A stretch of 64,000 bases of DNA from Octopus sinensis (taxonomy: Eukaryota). Position numbers and translations under genes: made by a program. The notes under the pieces were generated by a model that was not told the DNA's origin, did not search any database, and was given only the letters and a program-made list of their open reading frames with translations. The stretch spans positions 95,852,001-95,916,000 of the forward strand of contig NC_043004.1 in assembly GCF_006345805.1 (NCBI RefSeq), written 5' to 3'. This document shows, in pieces, positions 39,605 to 51,960 of this stretch. Within the stretch, counting starts at the first letter, position 1, and every line of letters starts with the position of its first letter.

Positions 39605-40050
39605 TAGGTGGTGAACTAGCAGAATTGTTTGCATGCCAAAGGCTTAGTAGCATTTCGTCTCGCTTTATGCTTTGAGTTCAGGTTCTGTCAAGGCCAAATT
39701 TACCCTTCGTTCTTTCAGTGGTTGATAAAATAGGTAACAGTTGATCGCTGGGGTTGATATAATCAACCTGCCCCTTCCCTTGAACGTGTTAGCCTTGTAC
39801 CAAAATTTTAAACCAATATTGATGATACATGCAAAGGCAGTGAGCTAGCAGAAATGTTAGCATACTGAGCAAAATGCTTAGCAAAATTTCACCTGTCTTT
39901 ACGTTCTGAGTTCAAATTCTGCTGTGGTTGACTTTGCTGTTCATCCTTTCAGGATATGATAAAATAAGTGCCAGTTGAACACCAGAGGTGATATAATTGA
40001 CTTTTTCTCTCCCTGAAATTGCTGGCCTTGTATCAGAATTTGAAATCAAT
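39605..40050 (+). mobile_element. Two diverged SINE B copies (39605-39820, 39833-40050)
   Basis: gaactagcagaa/gagctagcagaa heads, gagttca B-boxes, gccttgt tails. Confidence 0.75.
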
Positions 40051-40099
40051 ATTGATGATGTATGCACTTCTTGGAAATCACAATTATACAATATCTAAG

Positions 40100-40518
40100 G
40101 GAAACTATTTATAACCTTATTGATTAAACCAAAAGCAAAAATATGTTTTAAAAAAGTTATTAGAAATATTGCATCAGGATATTGCAGCCTTCACCTTAAC
40201 TCTTTAGTTCAAAACCTATGGGTTACAGTCTAACACTAAAGGGGTAAAAAATATAATAAAAGATAGAAAAAAAAATTAAATGTTTTACTTTAGAAATATT
40301 TGGTAAAATATAAAATGTTCAAGAATGTGTTATGGCTCCTTATATAACATATTTGTAAGTTTGCATCACAACATTTACTGCAACCAAAAATTGAATATTT
40401 CCCCAAGAAAAGTATGGAAAGTTAATTTTATTAAATTTTTGGAAAATTGTCACGGTGATTTATTGATTTGCTGAAATGAATCACAATGGTAAAAGGTTGA
40501 AAACTGCTGCCTTAGATC
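40100..40518. mobile_element. Possible decayed hAT-type MITE
   Basis: Right end aaggttgaaaactgctg resembles a hAT TIR. Left end degenerate; no matching 8-bp TSD. Confidence 0.3.
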
Positions 40519-41159
40519 TATAGTAATACATTTTCCCATAATATAGCAACAAAATGTGGTAGTAGAAAAGAGAAGAGGGAGAGAAAGAGAGAGAGAGAAA
40601 GAGTGAGAGAGAGAGTTTTAAAGTATAATGAAAATGTGTAGGAAATGAAAGAAGTCATTTAGATTCTTATCTTGCAACTATTGAAGAATTTATACTTCAG
40701 TATACTGCCAATTTAGATAGGAATAATCTTTGAAATAATACAAAGAACAGAAAAAGGGGTGGGAGAGAGAGAAAAACAGAGAGAGAGAGAGGTGGGGAAA
40801 GGAAGAGAGAAAATTGGAGCCAGGGATTAGAAAATGAATAATTAAGGATAAAAGGAAAATTTGCAATTTTATGTACAGTTGGGAAGTGATAATCAGTTTT
40901 AATTTATGCTAACGCAATAACATTTATATATAGATGAGAAAAGTTTTATAAAAAGAAAAAGCACAAATATTAAATATCCTTTATTGTCCAGGTGTATGAG
41001 AGTTGATTCTGTGATTGTTTTTGGAGTTATTTAGATGCTGGTTGAATAGGCATATGAATATGAACATTCTAGCAAGACCTTTCAATTCATTGTATTAAAA
41101 TATATAATGTATCTTGTAGGCTCGTTAACTCACCTGTCATAGAAAATAGATGAAGGTTT

Positions 41160-41498
41160 TAAGGTGGTGAACTGGCAGAAACGTTAGCACGCCAGGCGAA
41201 ATGCGTAGCCATATTTCATCTGCCGTTACGTTCTGAGCTTAAATTCCGCCAAGGTCGACTTCGCCTTTCATACTTTTGGGGTTGATAAATTAAGTACCTG
41301 TTATGCACTGGGGTTGATGTAATCGACTTAATCCATTTATCTGTCCTTGTTTGTCCTCTCTGTGTTTAGCCCCTTGTGGGTAGTAAAGAAATAGGTATTT
41401 TGTTTGTCTTTATGTTCTGAGTTCAAATTCTGCCGAGGTCGACCTAATCAACTGGTCCCCTCCCCCAAAATTTTGAGCGTTGTGCCTAGAATAGAAAA
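41160..41498 (+). mobile_element. SINE B dimer (second unit internally deleted)
   Basis: Junction taaagaaataggtatttt at ~41390. Confidence 0.85.
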
Positions 41499-42414
41499 GA
41501 GGATAATAGATTAAGGTTTTGCAACCAGCCTGCATATATGATTTGTTTTTGTGTTGTACATTAGCTCATTTCTACCATCAAACCAACATTGTCTGTACAG
41601 GTGTGTTCCACACACCTGTACAGATAAAGTGCTGGAGTGATTGCAATGCAACGTGATAGAAAATGTGTTGCTTGAGGAGACAATGCACTAACTGATCATG
41701 GAATTGAACACAGAATCTTGTGATTTTGTGGGAAAAACCCTAAATGCCACACTAGAACTACATTATGTCATATACCCTCCCAGTTTTTTTTCAGATGGTA
41801 ATGTTTGATTTATTTGAGAATTGACTACTATTTCAGGCAAATTGAGTGACCATATAAAGGATCCCTCATTTAGACATTGTTCTTATTGTTGTCATTTATC
41901 TTTGATATGAGTAACTCTGAGATATTAATTTGTTGTATTAGCATCATGTCAATTAAGATCAAACAAACCTATCAAAGATGTTTCAGATAAGCATGTCCCA
42001 TCTTTTCCTTCCCAGACATAAAGCATCTAGGCCTGCATTATTCAATGTGTCCTTCATTTTAAAGGCAATTGGATGTAATTTGAGTGAAACTTAGCTGCTA
42101 TGGCTAGCAAATTATGTGACTACATTGAGGTTCCTTCATTGGCTCATAAGTACTTGGTTGAAGGATTAATTCTAGAGAACTCTACTATTCAGTTCCAGCA
42201 AGAAGATGTTGAACTGAATAGGAAAAATCTACAATTGTGATACATCTCAAAGTAGCAGAAGATCTTTTGGTTGGACATTCTGATGTAATGCACTGAATCT
42301 GGGATTTCTCTTTGCATCATCAGGTCAATGAATAACCCCCTTGTGACTTCTTTAACAGAGGCTGGTCTTTGTAAGCTGCTGAAGAGAGTTGTGACAGTTG
42401 TTAGCAATTGTTAC

Positions 42415-42908
42415 ACATCATCATCATCATTGTTCGACTGTGGTCGAGACAATGGAATTTACTATGCTACGCCAGACTTCACGGTCCATCATGGCATTAT
42501 GGAGGTCCTGTTGCTGGATGCCTGTATCCCTGGAGATTACATCAGGGTAGGAGAGTATGCGCCCTCTGGTATTGCGAGTAGATGGCTTCCAGAGGAGAAG
42601 AGTAGAAATTGCCTCGTTTTCAGCTCTACAACAATGTCCAGTAAACTGGACTCTTCTACCTTTCACAAGAGATGACACAGGTGGTAGTTTCCCATATATT
42701 TATACTTTGGTTGGATGACGCATCCACAAGAGATATTGAGCTCTCATAAGGAGGCGAGTGTAAGTTCCATCCAACCGCCTCACAAGCTTCTTTGATAACG
42801 TCCAGGTTTCTGAGCCATATAGTAGAATTGGTTCGACTGTGGCTTTGAAGATTTTAAGTTTGAAATCTCTACTTAGATTTGATGACCAGATCTTATGCAT
42901 ATCATTAC
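42415..42908 (-). mobile_element. 5'-truncated RTE-clade LINE 3' end
   Basis: NDMHKIWSSNLSRDFKLKIFKATVEPILLYGSETWTL..RRVQFTGHCCR..MMDREVWRSIV; (TGA)n tail. Confidence 0.92.
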
Positions 42909-42923
42909 TGTAATGATATGCAT
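42895..42923. other. Perfect 14+1+14 palindrome at the RTE 5' junction
   Basis: atgcatatcattac-t-gtaatgatatgcat. Confidence 0.9.
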
Positions 42924-43014
42924 TGTTACACAGGTTGGTTGCTCAGCCACTATTTAAAATCATTGGTCTACTGATGACATAGTCTCCAATGCCACTGTCT
43001 ACAGAATAATCCCT

Positions 43015-43212
43015 TCAACCAAAGGCACAAGGTTTGAAATTTTAGGTGAGTAGGTAAGTTGATTAAATCAACCCCAATACTGTTAAGTACTTAATTTATT
43101 GACCCTGAAAGGAGGAAAGGCAAGCCAACCTTGTCGGAATTTGAAACCAGAACATAAAGACAGATGGAAAGTTGCGAAGCATTTTGCCCAACATGCTAAC
43201 AATTCTACCAGC
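43015..43212 (-). mobile_element. SINE B, diverged (another at 43545-43732)
   Basis: ggcacaagg tail, gaatttgaaac B-box. Confidence 0.7.
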
Positions 43213-43354
43213 TTGTTGCTTTACTGTTTCCAGAATAATGGCAAATATAATGGTTCATCCAAAGCTGTCAAAAAGCCTAGTAGCAGACATGACAATTGTA
43301 TGCCAGTTTTTACACAGTATATAACAAAGTTGTAGGGTTATCTTTTTGCTCTAG

Positions 43355-43506
43355 GATGTATGCAGGTTCTGCAGTAGACAGCATCGGCACTACAATTCAA
43401 AACTCCTGGCATTGCACCATTACTCTGAGATTGACAACAAAGATATCAAAGAATATTTCAATATAGACGTTGCTAAGACCTCAATATTCCCCATAATAAA
43501 GACTTG
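43355..43506 (+). CDS. Candidate internal exon, product unknown
   Basis: tctttttgctctag|GAT...ACTTG|gtaaac; 152 nt open in phase 0 (DVCRFCSRQ...KDIKEYFNIDVAKTSIFPIIKT). No recognised homology. Confidence 0.2.
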
Positions 43507-43908
43507 GTAAACTTGTTAGGGCATCAGATAATGATAATAGTTTCAAATTCTGGCATAAGGCCAACAATTTCAAGGGAGGGGATAATTCAAAATGGTACTA
43601 ATTTTATCAAGCCCTGAATGGATTAAAGGAAAATTTGACCCCAGCAGAATTTGAACTCAGCATGTAAGGATTGTTGAAATGCTGCTATGGATTGTGCCTG
43701 GTGTGCTAACAACTCTGCCAGTTCACCACCTTCATTTCCCCCTTAAATTGATAATAAACAGTTGGCAGATTTGTTAAAGATTCAGATAGAATGTCTTACA
43801 CTGTGTTCTAATACTCAGTGCTCTGGGTTCAAATCTCACAAAGGTCAACTTTGCTTTCACTCTTTTGGAGTTGATGGAGAGTGTAATGGCAAAACCATCA
43901 GAACATTA

Positions 43909-44292
43909 CTCTTTACTCTTTTACTCTTTTACTTGTTTCAGTCATTTGACTGCGACCATGCTGGAGCACCACCTTTAGTCGAGCAAATTGACCCCGGGAC
44001 TTATTCTTTGTAAGCCCAGTACTTATTCTATCGGTCTCTTTTGCCGAACCGCTAAGTGACGGGGAGGTAAACACACCAGCATCGGTTGTCAAGCAATGCT
44101 AGGGGGACAAACACAGACACACAAACAAATACACACACACACACATATATTTATATATATACATATATACGACAGGCTTCTTTCAGTTTCCGTCTACCAA
44201 ATCCACTCACAAGGCATTGGTTGGCCCAGGGCTATAGCAGAAGACACTTGCCCAAAGTGCCACGCAGTGGGACTGAACCCGAAACCATGTGG
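43909..44292 (-). mobile_element. SINE A (head truncated)
   Basis: Family motifs. Confidence 0.9.
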
Positions 44293-44562
44293 CTACATTA
44301 TACCAGATGCATTGAGATATTTACTCTTTGTCTCTTTGCCTTCTGAATTCAAATCCCATCACAGCCTACTTGGAGAGTAGATTTAATTCATCAGTTTCAT
44401 GCTATCTACCACTTTGGGAGCCTTTAGTGGATTACATTAGGTTGTAAGAATTCTGATTGGGCCACTAGTTTGAAAATACATTCCTTCTTCCCCACCACTA
44501 ATTTCAGAAACCTTGTAAAGAGTTAAAAGCACTGCCTTGTCTCTTGGAAGAGAGAGGGAGGA

Positions 44563-44611
<49 letters not shown>

Positions 44612-45940
44612 AGAGAGAGAGAGAGAGAGAGTGAGAGAGGTTACAAGTTTAACAATTTACATTCAGTTGGATTTAATTGACTGATAATACACTTGTCTTC
44701 TAGGATTTTTAAAACAACAGATTATGGGTGAAAATTTCAAATGTGTCTTCTAATTACTAACTGTGGTTTAAAGTCAGATGAAATTATAAACCCTAATGGC
44801 CACAGTATTCCAACCAGGAGAATTGAAACCCATTATTATTAGCTCTGAAGAGCATTGTGTTAACAGACGCTGAAGAATAATTAATGTGCAATTGGTGTTT
44901 GGAGTGATGGATGGAATAATAGGATTATTCCTTTAAAGTGTCTATACTCTAAGAAACTTTTGAAATTGGTAGGGCCATATGACTCAGGAATTTGGTTCAC
45001 AGTCATATGGTTCTTGTCAACCCCACTAGCATATGAGGAATGCATGTGTGTGTGTGTGTGTGTGTGTATGTAAGTGTATGTGTGTGTGTATGTATATATA
45101 TATAGTGATAGATAGATCTTCCTAAATTTATTTCTGTGTATTTTATCTGGCTATTAAAAAACTAAAAAGGAAGATGATCAAATAAGGAAAATAGCAAACA
45201 ATATATAAAGTCTGCTAAGCAAAAGACAGGGTGAAAAAATGTAGAAAACTCAAGTGCAATAAAATAAAACAGCAATCAAAATGTGTGTGCAGTGAAAATA
45301 AATACACTAACTACAACGAAATGAAAGTGGCCCCAAAATTTCAGGATATACATATTTAATGCAATAAAAGGAAAGAAAGGAAGAGGGAGTAAAATTAATA
45401 ACACGATACTAAATAACTGACATGTATTTGCTTTGCAGGTATAGTAGAGAAAGGAAGTTGAGTAGTATGAAAGCAGAACTGAAATATGCAGCAACTTCTA
45501 GATAATAGAGATAGAAACTGGGGAGACAGGGGAGGACAGCAAGAAAAAGAGGAGAGATAAATAGGGAAAGAGGTAGAGAGGAAGAATAACAAAAGAGAGA
45601 AGTGGGAAGCGGAAGAGCTAGAGGGAGGTGTAAGAGGTGGAGAGGGGAGAGAAAAAGAGAGAGCATTTAAGCGTTGGTATGTATGTGTGTATAATATAAT
45701 CAAATGTGAAATACTGCTATAGAATGACATGCAATATGTGTCCATAAATATATCATCCATGCGTCTTAGTATATGTTTTGGCCATCCTTCCTTATGACGT
45801 GATTTTGGTTTCAGTATCACTACTCACTACCTAGGGCAAATGCTTTCTGCTATAGCCTTGATTTTACAAAACCTCATAAATGGAAATTGAATGAAGCTCA
45901 TTGTGTGTGTGTGTTTGTGTGTAAATATAAACATATATAT

Positions 45941-46345
45941 GGCGCAGGAGTGGCTGTGTGGTAAGTAGCTTGCTAACCAACCACATGGTTCCGGGTTCAG
46001 TCCCACAGTGTGGCATCTTGGGCAAGTGTCTTCTGCTATAGCCCCGGGCCGACTAATGCCTTGTAAGTGGATTTGGTAGACGGAAACTGAAAGAAGCCTG
46101 TCGTATATATGTATATATATATATGTGTCTGTGTGTTTGTGTGTCTGTGTTTGTCCCCCTAGCATTGCTTGACAACCGAGGCTGGTGTGTTTACGTCCCC
46201 GTCACTTAGCAGTTCGGCAAAAGAGACCGATAGAATAAGTACTGGGCTTACAAAGAATAAGTCCTGGGGTCGATTTGCTCGACTAAAGGCGGTGCTCCAG
46301 CATGGCCGCAGTCAAATGACTGAAACAAGTAAAAGAGTAAAAGAG
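45941..46345 (+). mobile_element. SINE A, full length, young
   Basis: Closest to the in-window consensus. Confidence 0.93.
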
Positions 46346-46499
46346 TATATATATGTATGCATACATTTGTGTATGCTTATATGTATATATATACACATAT
46401 ATTTATGTATGTATATACATTTATTTATGTATATTTATTTATGTATGTGTGTGTATATATGTGCTTTCATGTACTTGTGTATGTATTTGTTTGCATTGG

Positions 46500-47320
46500 C
46501 TCCTGTGCAAGTGGCACATAAAAAGTACCATTTGAGTGCGGCTGTTGCAATTACTGCCTGACTGGCCCTCATGCCGGTGGCGCATAAAAGCACCCACTAC
46601 ACTCTTGGAGTGGTTGGCGTTAGGAAGGGCATCCAGCTGTAGAAACTCTGCCAGATCAAGATTGAAGCCTGGTGCAGCCATCTGGTTCACCAGACCTCAG
46701 TCAAATCGTCCAACCCATGCTAGCATGGAAAATGGACGTTAAACGATGATGATGATTTCTCCAGTTACCGTAAGTTATAAGCAGTGATGTTGTCATTCTA
46801 CATGACAACAAATGGTTTACTGGCCTGGCACCCCCAAAGATGTGGAAAATAAGAGGGTCTTTATTTCAAAAAACATTGTAAGCATTAGTAACAAAAAGAG
46901 CTCCCAGATGCTGAAAAAATTTCAATCAATAATCTGGCCTCCATGCCCGTGGCACGTAAAAAGCACCATCCATTCATGGCCGTTGCCAGCTTCGCCTGGC
47001 CCCTGTGTCAGTGGCACGTAAAAGCACCGTCCGTTCGTGACCGTTGCCAGCCTAGCCTGGCCCCCGTGCCAGTGGCATGTAAAAGCACCATCCGTCCATG
47101 ACCGTTTTCCAGCTCCGTCTGGCACCTGTGTGGTGGCACGTATAAAAGCACCCACTACACTCCACGGAGTGTTGGCGTTAGGAAGGGCATCCATCCGTAG
47201 AAACACTGCCAGATCAGACTGGGCCTGATGCAGCCTTCTGGCTTCACAGACCCCAGTTGAACCGTCCAACCCATGCTAGCATGGAAAGCGGACGCTAAAT
47301 GATGATGATGATGATGATGA
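46500..47320 (+). mobile_element. Two SINE C copies (46500-46757, 46940-47320)
   Basis: ggcgttaggaagggcatcc block and gatgatgat tails; the second has about 3.5 internal ~61-bp units. Confidence 0.88.
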
Positions 47321-47804
47321 ATCTAATGATGATGAATCTAACCCATGCTAGCATAGTAAAATGGACATAAAAATAAAATGACCTAGCAAACATTTATACA
47401 GAGAAACACACACATATATTACCTTCGCTCAGTCTATGTAGCCCATCTATCAAACTATAAAGCTAATGTGTCTAAATGTCTTTAGTCAATTTATACATCA
47501 GTGTGCTAAGCTAACAGTTCATCTATATATGAGCCAGTTTAGTTGTCTATTTATCACTCCGTCAGACTCTCAGATCAATCAATATATCAAACTATCAATC
47601 GATAGATATATTGGTCTCCCTATATATCTGTCTAATTGTCCATGCACTCAACCGACTGCTGTCTTATCAGTTGGTGTAACAGTCTATGTGTGTGCCTGAT
47701 GCATAGGGTCCATGTAGACGTTTTGAGTCCATAAGATTAATGCGCATAACATGTGGGACCTGTGGTTTTTGTTTGTGCATATGCACTGACCACGTGGTAG
47801 ATGG

Positions 47805-48022
47805 TGAAGGAAGAAGAAGAAGAAGAAGAAGAAGAAGAAGAAGAAAGAAGAACAAGAAGAACAAGGAAGAAGAAGAAGACGGAGGAGGAAGAAGAAGAAG
47901 AAGAAGAAGAAGAAGAAGAAGAAGAAGAAGAAGAAGGAAGAAGAAGAAGAAGAAGAAGACGAAGAAGACGAAGAAGAAGAAAAAGAAGAAGAAGAAGAAG
48001 ACGAAGAAGACGAAGAAGAAGA
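47805..48022. repeat. (GAA)n purine array
   Basis: Direct reading. Confidence 0.97.
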
Positions 48023-48323
48023 CAATATGCGTGCAGGATATGTTAAGTATTGTTCACTCCATTGGCAATAGGTGAAATGGTAAGTGTTAATGTATTTTTG
48101 TATGCATCTGTGTGTGTGTGGGAAGCCTATAGATATACTTTGTGGAGATAACACATATAAGTGTGTGTGTGTGTGTGTGTGTGCGTGGTCCATGAGATAT
48201 GTGTGATGAAGGAAAATAGGTATTGTTTAGTAAGTTTAGTTTTCCTGCATAATCTTTGTTGCAGCCATTACATTTAATAGTGTCCTCCTCCTCCTCCTCC
48301 TCTCCTCCTCCTCCTCCTCCTCC

Positions 48324-48358
<35 letters not shown>

Positions 48359-48940
48359 TGTTTTAAATCCAGGTTTTGTCCCCGTTAACGGGGCTGGTCG
48401 GATCTACCTCAATGCCATAGCAACTGAGGTAGGCAGGTGCAGCCCCCACCCCAACCTTTGGGCTGGCTGGTTGTTGCCCATTCTCCTTTGCTATCATGGG
48501 GCTTTTTTGGAGCTGCATTTTTTCTATGGGGAGCATGCCCTTGCTTACCCCCAACCATAGTTTCTAGACATGAGTGGTCCCGAGCCCAAGGTCTCTACCA
48601 CGATTTTTAAGAAATGTGGTGGAAAAACTAGATCAAAAATGCGGGGACACTTCTCCCTGATACCCGTTTCAGAGCCCTTCTACCTACATTACATTTAATA
48701 ATGTGAATTAAACATTTTGATGAAGAGATGAAGCAATTTTTTACAAGGAAAATATGTTCCGATTTAAACTGTCATCATAATTGCCTTTCTCACTGTCATT
48801 GTTGCTGCCACCATGATCATCATTGTCATCATGAATCAGGATGAGGATGATGATGATGATGATGATGAAACTTTACTGATGCCAATGGAACAGTATTTTT
48901 GATGTGGAACCATATTCTAAAGGGAATGCGTATTGCATTA

Positions 48941-49415
48941 CCTATTTCTTTATTAACCACAAGGGGCTAAACATAGAGGGGACAAACAAGGACAGACATA
49001 GGTATTAAGTCGATTACATCGACCCCAGTGTGTAATTGGTACTTAATTTATCGGCGGTGAAATGGCAGAAACGTTAGCACGCTGGGCGAAATGCATACCG
49101 GTATTTCGTCTGCTGTTACGTTGTGAGTTCAAATTCCGCCGAGGTCGACTTTGCCTTTCATCCTTTCGGGGTCGATAAATTAAGTACCAGTTACGCACTG
49201 GGATCGATGTAATCGACTTAATACCTATGTCTGTCCTTGTTTGTCCCCTCTATGTTTAGCCCCTTGTGGGTAATAAAGAAATAGGTACTTAATTTATCGA
49301 CCTCGAAAGGATGAACGGTAAAGTCGACCTCGGCGGAATTTGAACTCAGAACGTAACGGCAGACGAAATACGGCTACGCATTTTGCCCGGCGTACTAACG
49401 GTTCTGCCAGCTCAC
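48941..49415. mobile_element. Plus-strand SINE B (49054-49283) inserted in a minus-strand SINE B
   Basis: Direct repeat ggtacttaatttatcg at 49038-49053 and 49284-49299. Confidence 0.88.
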
Positions 49416-49705
49416 ATTACCAAATTTTCCCAAAGCACAGTCCTTATGGTCAAGTTTTATCCAGGATTTCCAAATCTCAAGTTAATTCAAACTGAAACCA
49501 ATGAACCACTTCAAATGGAATCATTCCAGGGCATTCCTGCTGGTAGCACTACAACAACACAACATCTTACAAAGATAGGAAGCTTCTGCTAGAAAATAAA
49601 CCATATTGCAGTCATAAGTATAGAATCAGCATAATCCTTAAAAGCATGAACAAAATAGCTTGTCTCAGCTGTACCCTAAGTTCAAATCCCATTAAGATCA
49701 GCTTT

Positions 49706-49899
49706 ATTTGCATTATTTACAATTGACAGATATTTGTTCTCAACTTGTTTGTTGTTAACACAACATTTCAGCAGGTATACCCTCCAGCCATCCTCAGGTG
49801 TCTTGGGGAAATTTCAAAACTGGGTTCTCATTCCTATGGTATTTTTCAATGTTGTTGTTGTTATTATTACTACTACTATTATTATTATTATTATTATTA

Positions 49900-49964
<65 letters not shown>

Positions 49965-50120
49965 TTTATAATTATTATTATTCAGGTCACTGCCTGGAAT
50001 CGAACTGGGAATCTTGGGGTTAGTAGCTCTTAACCACTATGTCACGAGCATATGGCATAGTAGTTAAAAGCACGGGCTACTAACACCAAGATTCCAAGTT
50101 TGATTCCAGGCAGTGACCTG

Positions 50121-50153
<33 letters not shown>

Positions 50154-50331
50154 AATAACAACAACATTGAAAATACCTTAGGAATGAGAACCCAGTTTTG
50201 AAATTTTCCCAAGACACCTGATGAATAGCTTAAATGTTGTGTTAACAACAAACAAGATGAGGACAAGCATCCATCAGTTGTAAGTAGTGTAAATAATGTA
50301 CATGATTCCTCATCTCTTAACTATAGAGCTG
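49706..50331. mobile_element. Head-to-head pair of a tRNA-headed element carrying a hammerhead motif
   Basis: Arms 49706-50043 (-) and 50046-50331 (+); A-box tggcatagt(a/g)g, B-box gttcgattcc, internal (AAT/AAC)n; flanked by taagatcagcttt at 49693-49705 and 50332-50344. Confidence 0.85.
49757..49802 (-). ncRNA. Minimal type-I hammerhead ribozyme motif
   Basis: GACAC-CUGAGGA-U-GGCUGG-AGGGUAUA-CCUGCU-GAAA-U-GUU/GUGUU: canonical core, 5-bp stem I, stem II with one mismatch. The partner arm (50213-50243) has lost stem II and GAAA. Confidence 0.65.
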
Positions 50332-51096
50332 TAAGATCAGCTTTGTGTTTTGTCTTTACAAACTTAAGGCACCAGTCTAGCACTTTGGTGTGGAACAATT
50401 GTCAGAGCATTGGATAAAATGCCTAACAACAACATACCTGTTTCTGTCCTGTTTTTTGTTAACTCTCTCTCTCCCTCTCTCACTCTCTTTGGGTAGCACG
50501 GAATGAGGAATTCGAACCATGTTTCATGGTTCGCTACCTCAACAGCTCCTTTATAGGATCCAGTGGCTAAAAAAATCATCAGGAGGAACCATGTCTGGTT
50601 TTGGCCCCTAATCCTCTACCATTATCGACGTGGTGGGGCCCTGCTCCTTTTGGAGGTGTCTTCAGCTCTGGTGTTGAGTGCGCTTTTTGTCTTTCTCCGT
50701 TTTTTTTTTTCATTCTTTAGTTTCTTCTAGGCAGCATCAACAAATGTCAGTCGGCAAATGACTATCCTGCCAAATTTTCCTTTAAATACTCGCCAGTAGG
50801 CTCCAGCAGCCAACACCAGCTAACTGTCATGTGACACTGTCTAAGTTTCAACTGACCAATGGCGGGGAAGAGTGCATAGTTTTGACCCGTGCCCTCTCTA
50901 AACAGCACACCTGTTTCTGCCTTCTTCCTTGTTAACTCTCTCTCTCTCCCTTTCTTTCTCTCTCTTTCTCTCCCTTTCTCCCTCTCTTTCCCCTTTCTCT
51001 CTCTGGCTGGGTAACCATGTACCTCTGCTATAGCACGACATCTGTTTCTGTTCCTCTGTCTTTCTTATTTTTTTTATTTAAAAAAAAATTTTTTGT

Positions 51097-51316
51097 TGCC
51101 CACAAGGGGCTAAACACAGAGGGGACAAACAAGGACAAACAAATGGATTAAGTCGATTATATCGACCCCAGTGCGTAACTGGTACTTATTTAATCGACCC
51201 CAAAAGGATGAAAGGCAAAGTTGACCTCGGTGGAATTTTAACTCAGAACGTTAATGGCAGACGAAATACGGCTACGCATTTCGCCCGGCGTGCTAACGAT
51301 TCTGCCAGCTCGCTAC
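51097..51316 (-). mobile_element. SINE B
   Basis: Near-consensus monomer. Confidence 0.9.
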
Positions 51317-51434
51317 CTTTGTCTTTCTGTTCCTCTGTCTTTCTGTCACACCCTAACCTTTCATCATCTGACAGAAGATCACCTCCTCCGATGCCCCCTC
51401 CCTCTCGAAGATTTCTTGTCTTGCAAGTTACTTG

Positions 51435-51658
51435 GTGACCCTGCCTGTGTTGATGCCATGCAAAAAGCACTCAACCTATTTGCAGGGTGGTTGGTACTAG
51501 GAAGGGCATCCAGCTGTAAAAAAAAAAAAAAACTTACTAAAACACACACAGAAGCATGGTGCAGGCTTCTGTCTGGCCAGCTCCTGTCAAAACGTCCAAC
51601 CCATGCCAACATGGAAGGCAGACATTAAATGATGATGATGATGGTGACGATGATGATG
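51435..51658 (+). mobile_element. SINE C 3' part
   Basis: ggaagggcatccagctg...cgtccaacccatgcc...gatgatg. Confidence 0.8.
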
Positions 51659-51739
51659 TATATATTCTCAAAGTTTTTGAATTGCAAACATAATCCATTA
51701 CTCAGTTTAATACTTCCACATAGTCCTTGGCTGCATTAA

Positions 51740-51960
51740 CCCTTTCGTTACCAACCCGGCTGAAACCGGCTCTGGTTCTGTAGTACAAATGTCTTGTTTT
51801 CATAAGTTTTGAATTAAAATCTTCCATCAAACTTTAGTCACAATTTATGTTCCTAACACTAGCTGAATGATAACCAAATCATTTTACTAATTTCTTTGTA
51901 ATATTTAAAGTAATTGAAAGAAACACAGAGCATTTCAAAATAAATACAGTAACGAAAGGG
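51740..51960. mobile_element. piggyBac-type MITE, 221 bp
   Basis: TTAA|ccctttcgttac ... gtaacgaaaggg|TTAA: perfect 12-bp TIRs and TTAA TSD. Confidence 0.92.

Noticed and set aside
44975-45010. ccatatgact...agtcatatgg 10-bp stem
   Set aside because: Lies in a decayed SINE A head whose tRNA-derived stems already give partial symmetry.
45941-46020. tRNA-like heads of SINE families A-D and the 50046 element as tRNA genes
   Set aside because: A/B boxes are present, but there is no complete cloverleaf and the sequence runs into SINE bodies.
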